Of a stretch of DNA of 60,580 nt, positions 39,554 to 50,561 are shown one piece after another. The notes beneath the pieces are model-generated. The model did no database searches, was not told the DNA's origin, and was given only the letters and a program-made list of their open reading frames with translations. The DNA comes from an uncultured Lachnospiraceae bacterium (lineage in GTDB: Bacteria; Bacillota; Clostridia; Lachnospirales; Lachnospiraceae), in contig CALWAW010000004.1 in assembly GCA_944375845.1 (NCBI GenBank), forward strand, positions 1-60,580, written 5' to 3'. Position numbers and translations under genes: made by a program. Positions within the stretch are counted from its first letter, which is position 1. The number at the start of each line of letters is the position of its first letter.

Positions 39554-42500
39554 ATGATAGAAAGGGGGTTCAGGGCCTTGGAAAAGGAAGTGCGGGAGCG
39601 CAGGTTCGCGCTGTCCCTGAGCCAGCACAACATTTGGGATCTGGAGTGTATCATTCCGGGGACTTCAGTCAACAACATCAGCACCACCATCCGGATCCGG
39701 GGAAGGGTCGACATGGTGGCATTGCAGGAGAGCATCTACAGAGTGCTTGAATCAGACGCTTCTCTCCGCACAAGGCTGACGCTTGAGGACGGGGTTCCCG
39801 TTCAGTATCATGCGCCCTTTTTCAGGGAGGATTTCCCTGTCTACGATTTTTCCGGCTCCGGCGGACAGGGGCTGGAAAGCTGGGAGAAGGCGGTCACCAG
39901 GGAGACGATCCCCCTGACGGGCGGCCCCCTTTACCGGTTTATCCTGTTTCGCACAGGCGAAAATTCCGGCGGCGTTCTGGTGAAGCTTCATCACATCATT
40001 TCCGACGGGTGGTCCCAGGTCATGGTGTGCAACAAGATCGGACAGACCTACCTGGCCCTTCTGGCGGGAAAGGAGCCGGAGCTTTCCGAGGCCCCTGATT
40101 ACGAGCTTCACGTAGAGGAGGAGCAGGAATATCTTTCCTCCCGCGCATACAAAAAAGACGAGGAATACTGGCGGGCGATTCTTCAGAAGGCGGGAGAGCC
40201 TTCGGTGTTAAAGTCCGTGAGCAGCGCGGCCGTAAGCCCTGTGGGGCGGCGGGTGAGCTACGATCTTCCCCAGGTGCTGAATCACGCCATTTACTCCTTC
40301 TGCCTGGAAAAGCGGGTGGCCCCCTTCGCCGTGTTCTACATGGCCCTGGCCATCTACTTCAAAAGAATCGGGGGCGCGGACCGGTTCACCATCGGCGTGC
40401 CCATTTTCAACAGGACCAATTTCCAGTTCAAGCAGAGCACGGGAATGTTCGTGACCACGCTTCCCTTTTACAACGAGATCGACGAGGGCTGGACGCTGAA
40501 TGAGTTCAACGAACAGCTGATGGAGGCGTGGTACGAGATGCTCCGCCATCAGCGCTTCCCCTTCTCGCATATTGAAAAGCTGGCGGGCCGTGAGGGCCGC
40601 CTGTTCAACATTGCCCTTTCCTATCAGGACAGTAAGATCTTTGAGAGCCGGGACGCCTCCGTCCTCCTTTCGGGCCGCTGGCATTACAGCGGCTATCAGA
40701 TGGAACAGCTCTGCATCCATCTTACAAACCTGATGGATAATAAATGTTATTCCGTTGATTACGATTATTTGACACAGTTTTTTGCCGAGGAGGAGATCCG
40801 GAAGCTCCACGAGAGCCTGTGCGGAATCCTCATGGAGGCTCTTTCAGAGCCCGATAAGCCCATTTACCGCCTGGACGTGCTGACGGCGGGAGAGCGGGAG
40901 CGGGTGCTCTATACCTTCAACAGGACGGACCGCTTCCTTCAGGACCGTTCCGTGTACGAGGCCCTCGAGGAAAACGCGGCGGAATATCCCGACAGGGCCG
41001 CCGTGATCTGCGGCGGCAGACGGAGCTCCTACAGCGAGCTTTTGTGGCGGGCCACAGAGATATCCGGGGCCCTTCTGCCCCATAAGAACGAAAACGAGAC
41101 CCTGGCGGCCATTCTGCTGCCCAGGGGTTTTGAGCTGCTTGCCTCCATGGCGGGAGTCCTGAGGGCGGGCTGCGCTTATCTGATTCTGTCGCCCTCCTAT
41201 CCCGACGGACGGCTTTCCCGGATCCTGGAAAAAAGCGGCGCCGCCGTCCTGCTCACCGACGAGGCGGGAGCGGGCCGTCTTGCGAACGCGGGCATTCCGG
41301 TGATCCTCACGGAATCCACAAGGGGAGCCATCGGAGCGGGAATCCGGGGAGACGTGGGCGAACGGCTCCGCCGCTTGGCGGAGGAAGGCCCCCGAAAAGA
41401 GGAAAAAGCAGGGGACCGGCTGGCCTATGTGGTCTACACGTCGGGGAGCACAGGGGAGCCCAAGGGGGTGGAGATCACCCAGCGGAACCTTCTGAACCTG
41501 GCTCAGTCCATGGCGCCCGTTTACGGGAAGGGCGCCGTGCTTTCCGTGTGCAACGTGGGCTTTGACGCCTTTATGCTGGAGAGCATCGTGGCCCTTTTGA
41601 ACGGGCGCACCATCGTGCTTCCCGCCGAGGAGGAGCTGGAATCCCCCAGGCGCCTGGCCACCCTGATCGGAAGTTACGGCGTGGGCTTCATCTCCCTGAC
41701 GCCCTCAAGGCTTTCGGCCTTTTTGAATGACGACGGATTTGCCAGGGCCATGCGGCGCATGGAGAGCGTGGTGTGCGGCGGCGAGGCCTTCCCGGCGGAT
41801 CTTTTGAAAAAGTTAAAAAATGTAAGCCATGCCAGGATCTATAACCAGTACGGCCCGTCGGAGACCACGGTGGGCGTCAGCATCGGGGAGCTTTCGGACG
41901 CCGGAAGAATCACGGCCGGAAGGCCCATGGACAACTGCCGCCTTTATGTGCTGGACGCCTGGATGAATCCCCTTCCCGTGGGCGTGTACGGAAACCTGTA
42001 TGTGGGCGGCCTCTGCGTGGGAAGGGGCTACAGAAACAGGCCGGATCTCACCGGAGAGGTCTTTGTGCCCAGCCCCTTTGAGAACGGGGAGCGGCTGTAC
42101 GCCACCGGTGATATGGCCTGCTGGACGGCTGAGGGAGAGATCGTCCTGGCGGGACGAAGGGACAGCCAGGTGAAGCTCAGGGGGCTTCGGGTGGAGCCCC
42201 AGGAGGCTGCCGCCTGCATCGCCGCCTATCCCGGCGTCACGGCTGCCGCGGCCAGAGTCACGGAGCTTGAGGGACAGCCTGTGCTGGCGGTCTATTACTG
42301 CTCGGAGGAGCCTATTCCGGAGCGGGAGCTTCTGGCCCACGCGGCCACCTACCTTCCCACCTATATGATCCCTTCCTTTGTGATGCGGATCCCGGAGATC
42401 CCCAGGGGACAGAACGGAAAGGTGGACGAAAAGCGTCTTCCCCTTCCTGAAAAGCGGGGCGGCGGCACGGCGGTGGGCACCGGCCTGGTGGTTCTCGACA

Positions 42501-45500
42501 TCTTCAAAAAGGTGCTGAACAGAGGAGATCTGGGCGCCGACAGCGATTATTTTCTGTCGGGCGGCAATTCATTAAACGCCATGGAAACCATTGCGAAAAT
42601 TGAGGAGGCCTTAAACAGAAGACTCCGGGTGGCAGACCTTTACGCCTGCCGCACGGCGGCCCGTCTCGGGGCCCTTTTAGACGGGGAGGAGGCCGGGGCG
42701 GTTCCGGTCAGGCGGCTGGAAAAGGCGCCCCTGCTCTCCCGGTATCCCCTTTCGCCCATGCAGCAGGGGATCTATGTCCAGTGCTTTTTGGATAAGAGCG
42801 GCCTCTCCTACAATATGCCCGGCGCGTTCCGGCTGAAAAAAGCCCCGGATAAGAAACGGCTGGAGCAGGCCTTTCTCGAGGTGATCCGAAAGGACGCGGC
42901 CTTCCGGACTTATTTCGTCCAGGAGCCCGACGGGATCTTTGTCCATATCGCGGACCAGGTCTCCTTCGGGATCGAGGAGCTTGAGGCGGCAGACTTTGAG
43001 GCCGCCTGCGCAGCTTTCCTGCGGCCCTTCGACCTTGCGAAGGCTCCGCTTCTTCGGGCTGCCCTCTGGAAAGAGCCGGATGGGGACTGGGTGCTGTTCT
43101 TAGACAGCCATCACATCATCGGCGACGGCATGAGCACGCCCATTGTGCTGGAACGGCTTAAAAAGGCCTACGGCGGGGAGAGCCTTCCGGAAAGCCTGGG
43201 CTACCAGGACTACAGCTACGCCCTCCAGAGCCGGAGCGGCGCCGGAAGAGAGGGCTGCCTGGAATACTGGAAGGAGCATCTTAAGAGCCTTCCGGAGCCC
43301 CTTGAGCTTCCGGGGGATTTCACAAGACAGAAGCATTTTGATTTCAAAGGAAAAGAATACGGCTTTGTTCTCCCTGAAAAAGAGAGCGGGGCCATAAGAG
43401 AATACTGCCATCGGGAGGGCGTATCCTCCTTCGCCCTGTTCCTGGCGGCCTACGGGCTCCTTCTGTCCGCCGTATCGGGCCGGGAGGATTTCACGGTGGG
43501 AGCGCCCGTTGCGGGCCGGACCATGCCGGGAACGGAGGAGATCTGCGGCCCCTTCATCAATACGCTGCCCCTCAGGCTTTCCCCTGAGAAGGAACTGCGC
43601 TCCTCAGACTGGATCAAAGAGGTCAGCGGCGAGGTGGCCGGGCTTCTGGACCATCAGGAGGTCTCCCTGGAGGAGCTTCTCTCTGCCCTGGAGCTTCCCA
43701 GAGGGGAGCAGAACCTGCTGTACCAGGTGATGCTCACAGAAAGCCCCGTGGACGAGGAGGCCTTTGAGCTGGACGGCGCGCCCATGGAGTTTCGCCCCGT
43801 CCCCACGGGCTCCGTAAAAATGGACCTGATTCTGGAGGCCTCCAGAAAGGGCCCGTGCTTCCAGTTCCGGTTTTCCTATGCCACAGGCCTGTTTCTGGAC
43901 GAGACCATCCGCTATTACGGAAGATGCCTCAGGCAGATTCTGTCAGAGCTGGTCTCCGGGCAGGATAAGGCCCTTAAGGATATCCGCCTCCTTTCGCCGG
44001 AGGATTATGAGAAATACGTGGAGGCTCCCAATTACAGGGTGGTTCCCTTTACCAATCTGCCCATCCACAGGATGGTGGAGAACCGGGTGCGGCGGACGCC
44101 GGAGCAGGCGGCCGTGATTTTCCACGGCGAAGAAACCAGTTTTCTCGCTCTTCACAGAAGAGCCTGCCGCATCGCCGCCTTCTTAAGGGAGCAGGGTCTG
44201 GAAAAGGGAAGCGCGGTGGGCCTCTGCCTGAGCAGGACGCCCGATATGCTGGCGGCCATGCTCGGCGTTTTAAAGGCGGGCTGCGCCTATGTGTTCATGC
44301 TGCCCGGCTTCCCTGCCGCAAGGCTTTCCTATATGCTGGAGATTTCAAAGGCCGGGCTGTTCCTCTACGATGAGGAGGCCGGGAAAAAGCTTCCGGACGA
44401 CTTCCTTTCCGGGGAGCTTCCCTGCCCTGCGTCCCTGCTTCCCCAGGGGGAGGCCGATTCCTTTGAGGACGCGGCCGTAAGCGGCGACGACCTGGTGAAC
44501 GTGCTCTTTACCTCCGGCTCCACGGGAAAGCCCAAGGGAGTCATGCTGAGGCACCGTTCCATCTCGAACCTGTACGGGCAGATGCGGGATCTTCTGGCGG
44601 ATATTCCCGGCCGGGTGCTCTGCTCCACCAATTCTGTTTTTGACTGCTTTGTGGTGGAGACCATGATCGCCCTGGCGCTGGGGCGGACCGTGGTGCTGGC
44701 CGACGAGGAGGAGATGATGCTTCCCTGGAAGCTGGCAGATCTGGTTTCCCGGTATCACACCGGGATCTTTGAGATGACCCCCTCCCGCCTTCAGATGTGC
44801 CTGGGGAACGAAGCCTTCTTTGAGGCGGTGAAGGAGATCCGGATCGTCCTTCTGGGCGGCGAGGTTCTGAGCAGGACGCTGCTGGACCAGTTCTACAGGG
44901 CCAGCGGCGGAATTATGATGAATATGTACGGGCCCACCGAGGCCACGGTGTTCACCACCATGGCCGCAGTGGGGCCCGAGGACCATATCACGGTGGGCGC
45001 TCCCCTCTATAACACCAGGACCTATGTGCTGGACGAGGAGAGAAGGCCCGTCATGCCCACGGCGGTGGGCGAGCTCTACATCGCGGGCGAGTGCCTGTCG
45101 GCGGGATACATCTCCCGGCCGGAGCTTACGGAGGCCTCGTTCGTGCCGGATATTTACTTCCCCGGAGAGCGCATGTATAAGAGCGGAGACCTGGTGAGGC
45201 TCAGGCTGGACGGCACCTACGACTTCATGGGCCGCCGGGATTCCCAGGTGAAGCTCAACGGCCAGCGGGTGGAGCTGGGCGAGATCACCGGAGCCGTTTT
45301 GAGCTCCGGCCAGGCCCTCCGGGCCGCCACGCTTCCCATCCGGAAGGACGACGGCTCCATGGAGCTGTGGTGCTTCTATGAGCCCGCGGCGGGAGCCGAC
45401 GCGGAAAAGCTTTCCGGCGAGCTTAAAAAGACGCTCCCCGCCTATATGATTCCTTCCCGGATGGTTTCCATGGAAAAGCTTCCGGAGACGGCCACGGGAA

Positions 45501-47203
45501 AGATCGATCTTCAGGCCCTGAAGCGGGCGGCCCTGGAGGGGCTCTCCCATGTGGCGAAGGAGCCCGCGGCGGCAGTCAGCGCGGCGGCAGCGCCCGCGCC
45601 CGTAAAAGCGCCTGAGCCCGCGCCCGGCGCCCCCGCGGTAAACACGACTGCGCCCGTAAAATCGCCTGAGCCCGCGGTAAACGCGCCCGCGCCTGAAAAG
45701 GCGCCCGAACCGGCGGCTATTGTGCCCGCGGTAAACACGTCCGCGCCTGCAAAAGCGCCTGAACCGGCGGCCGGCGCCCCCGCGCCGAAGGTTTCGGTTT
45801 CATACGTCCTTGAGGTGTGGAACCGGGTGCTCACCACCCCCGCGAAGGATCCGGACGTCTCCTTCTTTGAACAGGGAGGCACGTCCCTGGGCGCCCTCAG
45901 CATCTTAAGCAGCTACTTTAACGACAAGCTAGAAATGTCCCTCGCGGATTTTTACGAGCATCCCACGGCCAGGGAGCAGGCTGTGCTCCTGGGCGGCGAG
46001 GCCGCCCTGGCCTCTCCCGAAGCGGAGCCTGAAGAAAAAACAGACGGCGCGTCCGCAAAGGACGCCTTTGCCGCGCAGGTCTATCCGCCCCGCCCCGCAA
46101 AGGAGGAGCAGCGGTACGTGCTGGTGACCGGGGCCACGGGATTTTTCGGGATCCATCTGGTCAAGGCCCTTCTGGATCAGGGAGAGAAGAAGATTCTCTG
46201 CCTGCTGCGGGACGGAAGCCAGGAAAGGCTCATGGACTGCCTGGCCTGGTACTTCGGAAAGGGCGCGGCTATGCGTGAGAAAAAGCGGCTGGAGGCCGTG
46301 ACCGGGGATATTTCCAAAGAGAGGCTGGGCCTTTCTTCGGAGGAATACGAAAGCCTCTCCCTGAGGGTCAGGGAGATCTTCCACTGCGCCGCCGACGTGC
46401 GCCATTACGCGGCGGATACAGAGGACTTTTTAGAAGCCAACGTGGCGGGCACCGCCCGTATGGTGGAGCTGGCAAAGAAGGCGGGAGCGGCGTTTTATCA
46501 CATGTCCACCCTAAGCGTCAGCGGCGAGCTTTTAAAGAACGGCGGTGAAAAGGCCGTCTTTACGGAGGCCGATTACGATATCGGCCAGATCTGGGAGAAT
46601 AACCTTTACGTAAAGAGCAAGTTCCAGGCGGAGGGGATTGTTTTCAAGGCCATGGACGAGGGCCTTCCCGCGAAGATATTCCGGCTGGGCCGTCTGATCG
46701 GCCGCTCCGACGACGGGATCTTCCAGAAAAATCCCGATACAAACGCCTTCTATCTTCTGATGCGGGGCTTCTACCTTGTGGGGGCCATCCCGGAGCTTAC
46801 GAAGAAGGTGAAGGTGGAGTTAATGCCGGTGGACATTGCGGCGGCCGAGGTGCTGGCCCTTAAGGACAGCGGCGGCCGGGTATTCCATATCATGAATCCG
46901 GATCCGCCTACGGCGGAGACGGCGGCGAAGGCGGTGGACGAGGGAACCTACGTGGTGCCCGACGAGGTGTTCACCCAGATGCTTTCCGAGACGGCCAAGG
47001 GGCCCTGCCGGGAGCTCCTTTCGCCCCTCATCGATTACTGGCACCGGGTAAGGGTGGAAACGCCGGTGATCGACGTGACCTGCGCCATGACGCAGCGCGC
47101 CCTTGAGGAGAAGGGCGTCCATATCAAGTTCCCGCCGGTAAGGCAGCTTCTGGGCGGCTTCACGCTCCTGGATTCATGGCCGGCAAAGGGGGGAGAGCAA
47201 TGA
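39554..47203 (+). CDS. Two-module NRPS, C-A-T-C-A-T-R (terminal thioester reductase)
   Basis: C1 HHIISDG; A1 YTSGSTGEPKG/NQYGPSE/ATGD; T1 GGNSL; C2 HHIIGDG; A2 FTSGSTGKPKG/NMYGPTE; T2 GGTSL; R VTGATGFFG...YVKSK. The start may instead be the TTG at 39578. Confidence 0.96.
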   Translation: MIERGFRALEKEVRERRFALSLSQHNIWDLECIIPGTSVNNISTTIRIRGRVDMVALQESIYRVLESDASLRTRLTLEDGVPVQYHAPFFREDFPVYDFSGSGGQGLESWEKAVTRETIPLTGGPLYRFILFRTGENSGGVLVKLHHIISDGWSQVMVCNKIGQTYLALLAGKEPELSEAPDYELHVEEEQEYLSSRAYKKDEEYWRAILQKAGEPSVLKSVSSAAVSPVGRRVSYDLPQVLNHAIYSFCLEKRVAPFAVFYMALAIYFKRIGGADRFTIGVPIFNRTNFQFKQSTGMFVTTLPFYNEIDEGWTLNEFNEQLMEAWYEMLRHQRFPFSHIEKLAGREGRLFNIALSYQDSKIFESRDASVLLSGRWHYSGYQMEQLCIHLTNLMDNKCYSVDYDYLTQFFAEEEIRKLHESLCGILMEALSEPDKPIYRLDVLTAGERERVLYTFNRTDRFLQDRSVYEALEENAAEYPDRAAVICGGRRSSYSELLWRATEISGALLPHKNENETLAAILLPRGFELLASMAGVLRAGCAYLILSPSYPDGRLSRILEKSGAAVLLTDEAGAGRLANAGIPVILTESTRGAIGAGIRGDVGERLRRLAEEGPRKEEKAGDRLAYVVYTSGSTGEPKGVEITQRNLLNLAQSMAPVYGKGAVLSVCNVGFDAFMLESIVALLNGRTIVLPAEEELESPRRLATLIGSYGVGFISLTPSRLSAFLNDDGFARAMRRMESVVCGGEAFPADLLKKLKNVSHARIYNQYGPSETTVGVSIGELSDAGRITAGRPMDNCRLYVLDAWMNPLPVGVYGNLYVGGLCVGRGYRNRPDLTGEVFVPSPFENGERLYATGDMACWTAEGEIVLAGRRDSQVKLRGLRVEPQEAAACIAAYPGVTAAAARVTELEGQPVLAVYYCSEEPIPERELLAHAATYLPTYMIPSFVMRIPEIPRGQNGKVDEKRLPLPEKRGGGTAVGTGLVVLDIFKKVLNRGDLGADSDYFLSGGNSLNAMETIAKIEEALNRRLRVADLYACRTAARLGALLDGEEAGAVPVRRLEKAPLLSRYPLSPMQQGIYVQCFLDKSGLSYNMPGAFRLKKAPDKKRLEQAFLEVIRKDAAFRTYFVQEPDGIFVHIADQVSFGIEELEAADFEAACAAFLRPFDLAKAPLLRAALWKEPDGDWVLFLDSHHIIGDGMSTPIVLERLKKAYGGESLPESLGYQDYSYALQSRSGAGREGCLEYWKEHLKSLPEPLELPGDFTRQKHFDFKGKEYGFVLPEKESGAIREYCHREGVSSFALFLAAYGLLLSAVSGREDFTVGAPVAGRTMPGTEEICGPFINTLPLRLSPEKELRSSDWIKEVSGEVAGLLDHQEVSLEELLSALELPRGEQNLLYQVMLTESPVDEEAFELDGAPMEFRPVPTGSVKMDLILEASRKGPCFQFRFSYATGLFLDETIRYYGRCLRQILSELVSGQDKALKDIRLLSPEDYEKYVEAPNYRVVPFTNLPIHRMVENRVRRTPEQAAVIFHGEETSFLALHRRACRIAAFLREQGLEKGSAVGLCLSRTPDMLAAMLGVLKAGCAYVFMLPGFPAARLSYMLEISKAGLFLYDEEAGKKLPDDFLSGELPCPASLLPQGEADSFEDAAVSGDDLVNVLFTSGSTGKPKGVMLRHRSISNLYGQMRDLLADIPGRVLCSTNSVFDCFVVETMIALALGRTVVLADEEEMMLPWKLADLVSRYHTGIFEMTPSRLQMCLGNEAFFEAVKEIRIVLLGGEVLSRTLLDQFYRASGGIMMNMYGPTEATVFTTMAAVGPEDHITVGAPLYNTRTYVLDEERRPVMPTAVGELYIAGECLSAGYISRPELTEASFVPDIYFPGERMYKSGDLVRLRLDGTYDFMGRRDSQVKLNGQRVELGEITGAVLSSGQALRAATLPIRKDDGSMELWCFYEPAAGADAEKLSGELKKTLPAYMIPSRMVSMEKLPETATGKIDLQALKRAALEGLSHVAKEPAAAVSAAAAPAPVKAPEPAPGAPAVNTTAPVKSPEPAVNAPAPEKAPEPAAIVPAVNTSAPAKAPEPAAGAPAPKVSVSYVLEVWNRVLTTPAKDPDVSFFEQGGTSLGALSILSSYFNDKLEMSLADFYEHPTAREQAVLLGGEAALASPEAEPEEKTDGASAKDAFAAQVYPPRPAKEEQRYVLVTGATGFFGIHLVKALLDQGEKKILCLLRDGSQERLMDCLAWYFGKGAAMREKKRLEAVTGDISKERLGLSSEEYESLSLRVREIFHCAADVRHYAADTEDFLEANVAGTARMVELAKKAGAAFYHMSTLSVSGELLKNGGEKAVFTEADYDIGQIWENNLYVKSKFQAEGIVFKAMDEGLPAKIFRLGRLIGRSDDGIFQKNPDTNAFYLLMRGFYLVGAIPELTKKVKVELMPVDIAAAEVLALKDSGGRVFHIMNPDPPTAETAAKAVDEGTYVVPDEVFTQMLSETAKGPCRELLSPLIDYWHRVRVETPVIDVTCAMTQRALEEKGVHIKFPPVRQLLGGFTLLDSWPAKGGEQ
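45559..45790. repeat. Degenerate tandem repeats encoding a Pro/Ala-rich A2-T2 linker
   Basis: Recurrent AAAGCGCCTGAGCCCGCG and CCCGCGGTAAACACG units (KAPEPA, PAVN). Confidence 0.8.
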
Positions 47204-49089
47204 TCTCAACAGCGACCATCATTTTCTTTTTCTGTATGCTGGCGGCCCTGATCGCCTTTCTGATCTGGAGCCTCAGAGGAGACAAGCAGGAGCTTCACCT
47301 GCTCCACAAGCTTTATATCGCCATGGCGGTCTGCTACGCCATCTGGATGCTTCCGCTGATCGGCATTTATTTTTCCGATCCGGATAACCAGGCCCTGATG
47401 TTTTTCTGGGACTGCGCCATGCAGCCGGGCGGCGTGATTCTGGCGCCCATTTTCCTCTGCATCGCCATTACCCTGGACGGGAGCCTGGAAAAGATGAGCG
47501 GGAAAATGAAGGCACTGTTCATCGTTCCCATAGCGACCATCCTCATCACCTGGACCAACCCGCTGCACCATCTCCAGTACCGGGTGTTTTCCGTGGTGCG
47601 CAGCGAGATCGTGTTCGGCCCCTGGATCCTTGTGAGCGGCGCCTACAATTACCTGTGCCTGCTGGCGGCCATTGTGATTATCATCCGGTTCGCCCTGAAG
47701 AACAGGAGCAGCATTTATTTAAAGCAGAGCATCCTCCTGACCATCGGCGGCCTGGTGCCCCTGATCGTGAACTTCTACGCCACCTTCAGCGGAAAAGAGG
47801 TGTCCATAGCGGCCACGCCCACAGGCTTCGCGCCCACGATCATCTGCAACGGCATCGCCATTTATATGCTTCACTTATTTGACATCCGACCCATCGCAAA
47901 CAGGCATATCCTGGACTGGATTTCCGACGGGTATCTGGTGGTCAGCGAGACGGGGCTTGTAATCAACTACAACAAAAGCTTCGCCTCCCTCTTCGCCTCC
48001 CAGTACGGGATCGCGGAAAACCGGTACTTGAGCGACTGCGTCCGGGAGGAGGACGTCTCCAAAAAAACGGCCATCTATAACATGATTACCGCTATAGAAT
48101 CCAGCAGGCAGGCAGAATCCACCATTTCCTACGAGCAGTCCGTGAGCATCCAGAACGGAAACGAGGTGCAGAAATATTATTATGTGACCGACGTATCGCC
48201 CCTGGAGTTAAACGGAAAGGTGGCCGGCTTCGTGGTGCTCTTCAAGGACGTGACCCAGATCAAGAAGAGCATGCAGCAGATCCAGGAAAGCCAGGAGCGG
48301 ATGATGGAGCAGGAGCGGCTGGCCGTTCTCGGTCAGATGATCGGCGGCCTGGCCCACAACCTGAAGACTCCGGTGATGAGCGTTTCCGGCTGCATCTCCG
48401 CCGTGGAGGCGCTGGTGGACGAGTGCAGCGAGAGCCTGGGCGATCCCCAGGTGACGGAGAAGGATTTCCGGGAGATATACGGGGAGATGAAGGACTGGTT
48501 CCAGAAAATGCGGGAGGCCTCGTCCTACATGTCGGATATCATCACCGCCATCAAGGGCCAGGCGGCCAACGTGAACACAGACGAGGAATCCGTATTCACC
48601 ATAGAAGAGATGATCAAACGATGCGCCCTTCTGATGCGCCACGAGTTTCTGCGGGGCGGCTGCCAGATGGAGGTGCGGTATGACCTGAGCCGGGACATCG
48701 CCCTGAAGGGAGACATCAACAACCTGATCCAGGTGCTCACGAACCTGCTCTCCAACGCGGTCTACGCCCAGCACGAGGCGGGAGGCGGAAAGATCGTGGT
48801 GCAGATCGGATACGACAAGGAGAACCTGAACATTTCCGTAAAGGACCATGGAAGCGGCATCAGTCCGGCAGTCCGGGGAAGGCTCTTCAAATCCATGGTC
48901 ACAAACAAGGGAGCCCTGGGAACCGGGCTGGGCCTTTACATATCCAACGCCGTGATCCGGGGAAAGTTCGGCGGGACCATGTGGTTTGAGGATAACGAGG
49001 GCGGAGGTTCCATATTCGGGATTTCGATCCCCCTTTCCCTGGCGATCATCGGGGAAGAGGCAGAACATAGCGCGGGGTACGATCAATGA
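47200..49089 (+). CDS. Sensor histidine kinase with N-terminal 7TM domain, PAS-like region, HisKA and HATPase
   Basis: About seven TM helices with TNPLHHL; ISDGYLVV; H-box LAHNLKTP; NLLSNA, DHGSGI, GTGLGL; ATGA overlap with the NRPS stop. Confidence 0.93.
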   Translation: MISTATIIFFFCMLAALIAFLIWSLRGDKQELHLLHKLYIAMAVCYAIWMLPLIGIYFSDPDNQALMFFWDCAMQPGGVILAPIFLCIAITLDGSLEKMSGKMKALFIVPIATILITWTNPLHHLQYRVFSVVRSEIVFGPWILVSGAYNYLCLLAAIVIIIRFALKNRSSIYLKQSILLTIGGLVPLIVNFYATFSGKEVSIAATPTGFAPTIICNGIAIYMLHLFDIRPIANRHILDWISDGYLVVSETGLVINYNKSFASLFASQYGIAENRYLSDCVREEDVSKKTAIYNMITAIESSRQAESTISYEQSVSIQNGNEVQKYYYVTDVSPLELNGKVAGFVVLFKDVTQIKKSMQQIQESQERMMEQERLAVLGQMIGGLAHNLKTPVMSVSGCISAVEALVDECSESLGDPQVTEKDFREIYGEMKDWFQKMREASSYMSDIITAIKGQAANVNTDEESVFTIEEMIKRCALLMRHEFLRGGCQMEVRYDLSRDIALKGDINNLIQVLTNLLSNAVYAQHEAGGGKIVVQIGYDKENLNISVKDHGSGISPAVRGRLFKSMVTNKGALGTGLGLYISNAVIRGKFGGTMWFEDNEGGGSIFGISIPLSLAIIGEEAEHSAGYDQ

Positions 49090-50561
49090 GAAAGAACAGA
49101 CAGACAGCAGAGAAAGAAATATCCATACTGACATTGGACGATGATCCCATCATCACATCGACGATCCAGGCGTATTTTGAGCGCTCCGGCTACCAGGTGG
49201 ATGTGGAGAACGACCCGTATCAGGGCATCGAGCGGGTACGGGAGCACCATTACGACATCCTCCTCCTGGACTTTTTAATGGCGCCCATCTGCGGCGATCA
49301 GGTGGTGGAGGAGATCCGGAAGTTCAACAAAGAGATCTTTATCATCCTGCTGACGGGCCATAAAAGCATGGCGCCGCCCATCAAGACCATCCGCCAGCTG
49401 GATATCCAGGGATATTACGAAAAGAGCGACAGGTTCGACCAGCTTGAGCTTCTGGTGGAGTCCTGCGTAAAATCCATCTGGCAGATCCGCACCATCCGCG
49501 GCTACCAGAGGGGGCTTTCCGCCGTGGTGGACGAGCTGCCGGCCATTTACAGCCTGCAAAACGGGGATCACCTCTCGGAGGGCGTCCTGGACCTGGCAGA
49601 AAAGCTCCTGCCCTCCAGGGGAAGCTTCCTGATGTGGGGAGGAGACCAGGAAAAGCCCAGGGTCTGGGCCCGGGGAGAGCTGCCCGCCCTTGATTTCGAG
49701 GGGTTTATGGCGGAGGAAAACTGGGAGGAGGGCGACCTGCTCCAGAAGGACGGCTGCCTGGTCTGCCGCATGACCGACGAGGATAAGCGGACGGCGGGCT
49801 GCCTGGGCCTTTCTCTGGGAAAGAAGGCCGGGGAGGGCTCCATCCAGTTTCTGCGGATCCTGGTGCGCCAGGTCTCGGCGGCCTTAAGCAACAGCCGCCT
49901 TCACGCCCATGTGAACCGGCAGAACGAGAGGCTGACCCAGGCCTATATGCAGACCATCGAGACCCTGCGGTTTGTGGTGGAATTAAAGGATAAGGAGACA
50001 AAGGGCCATTCGGAGCGGGTATCCGTCCTGGCCGCCGCCCTGGCTACAGAGCTTGGAATGGACGAGGCGGAGGCGGAGAGCATCCGCCAGGCGGGGCTTT
50101 TCCACGACATCGGAAAGATCCAGATCCCCGACGCGGTGCTCCTTAAGCCGGAGCCTCTGCTGGACGAGGAATACGCCATGATTAAGGAGCATCCGGTCAC
50201 AGGCGAGAAGATCCTCTCCACCTTCCGGCCCTTCGCCCACATGCTCCCCATCGTGCGGGGGCACCATGAGCGCTACGACGGGACCGGCTATCCCGACGGG
50301 CTGAAGGGCGAAGAGATCGCGCTGGGCGCCCGGGTGATCTCCGTGGCGGACGCCTTTGACGCCATGGTATCCAACCGCCCCTACAGGCACGGCTTCAGCC
50401 TGGAAAAGGCGGTGGGGGAAATCAAGAGCGGCTGCGGCAGCCAGTTTGACCCGGCTGTGGGAAAGGCCTTCCTCTCCCTTCTGGATAAGCTGGGGAAGGA
50501 TGAGTTTGTCCGCAGGTTCTGCGATCATACAGAAGAAGGAGTAGGAGGAAGCTTAAAATGA
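49086..50561 (+). CDS. Response regulator with REC, GAF-like and HD-GYP domains (cyclic-dinucleotide phosphodiesterase)
   Basis: LDDD...LLDFLM...LLTG...EK receiver; HSERV, HDIGK, HHERYDGTGYP, VADAFDAM. Confidence 0.93.
   Translation: MRKNRQTAEKEISILTLDDDPIITSTIQAYFERSGYQVDVENDPYQGIERVREHHYDILLLDFLMAPICGDQVVEEIRKFNKEIFIILLTGHKSMAPPIKTIRQLDIQGYYEKSDRFDQLELLVESCVKSIWQIRTIRGYQRGLSAVVDELPAIYSLQNGDHLSEGVLDLAEKLLPSRGSFLMWGGDQEKPRVWARGELPALDFEGFMAEENWEEGDLLQKDGCLVCRMTDEDKRTAGCLGLSLGKKAGEGSIQFLRILVRQVSAALSNSRLHAHVNRQNERLTQAYMQTIETLRFVVELKDKETKGHSERVSVLAAALATELGMDEAEAESIRQAGLFHDIGKIQIPDAVLLKPEPLLDEEYAMIKEHPVTGEKILSTFRPFAHMLPIVRGHHERYDGTGYPDGLKGEEIALGARVISVADAFDAMVSNRPYRHGFSLEKAVGEIKSGCGSQFDPAVGKAFLSLLDKLGKDEFVRRFCDHTEEGVGGSLK

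Noticed and set aside
39489-39560. Sporulation sigma-E/sigma-K promoter for the recombinase
   Set aside because: CATATTG is present on the minus strand, but no -35 element at an acceptable spacing; not supportable
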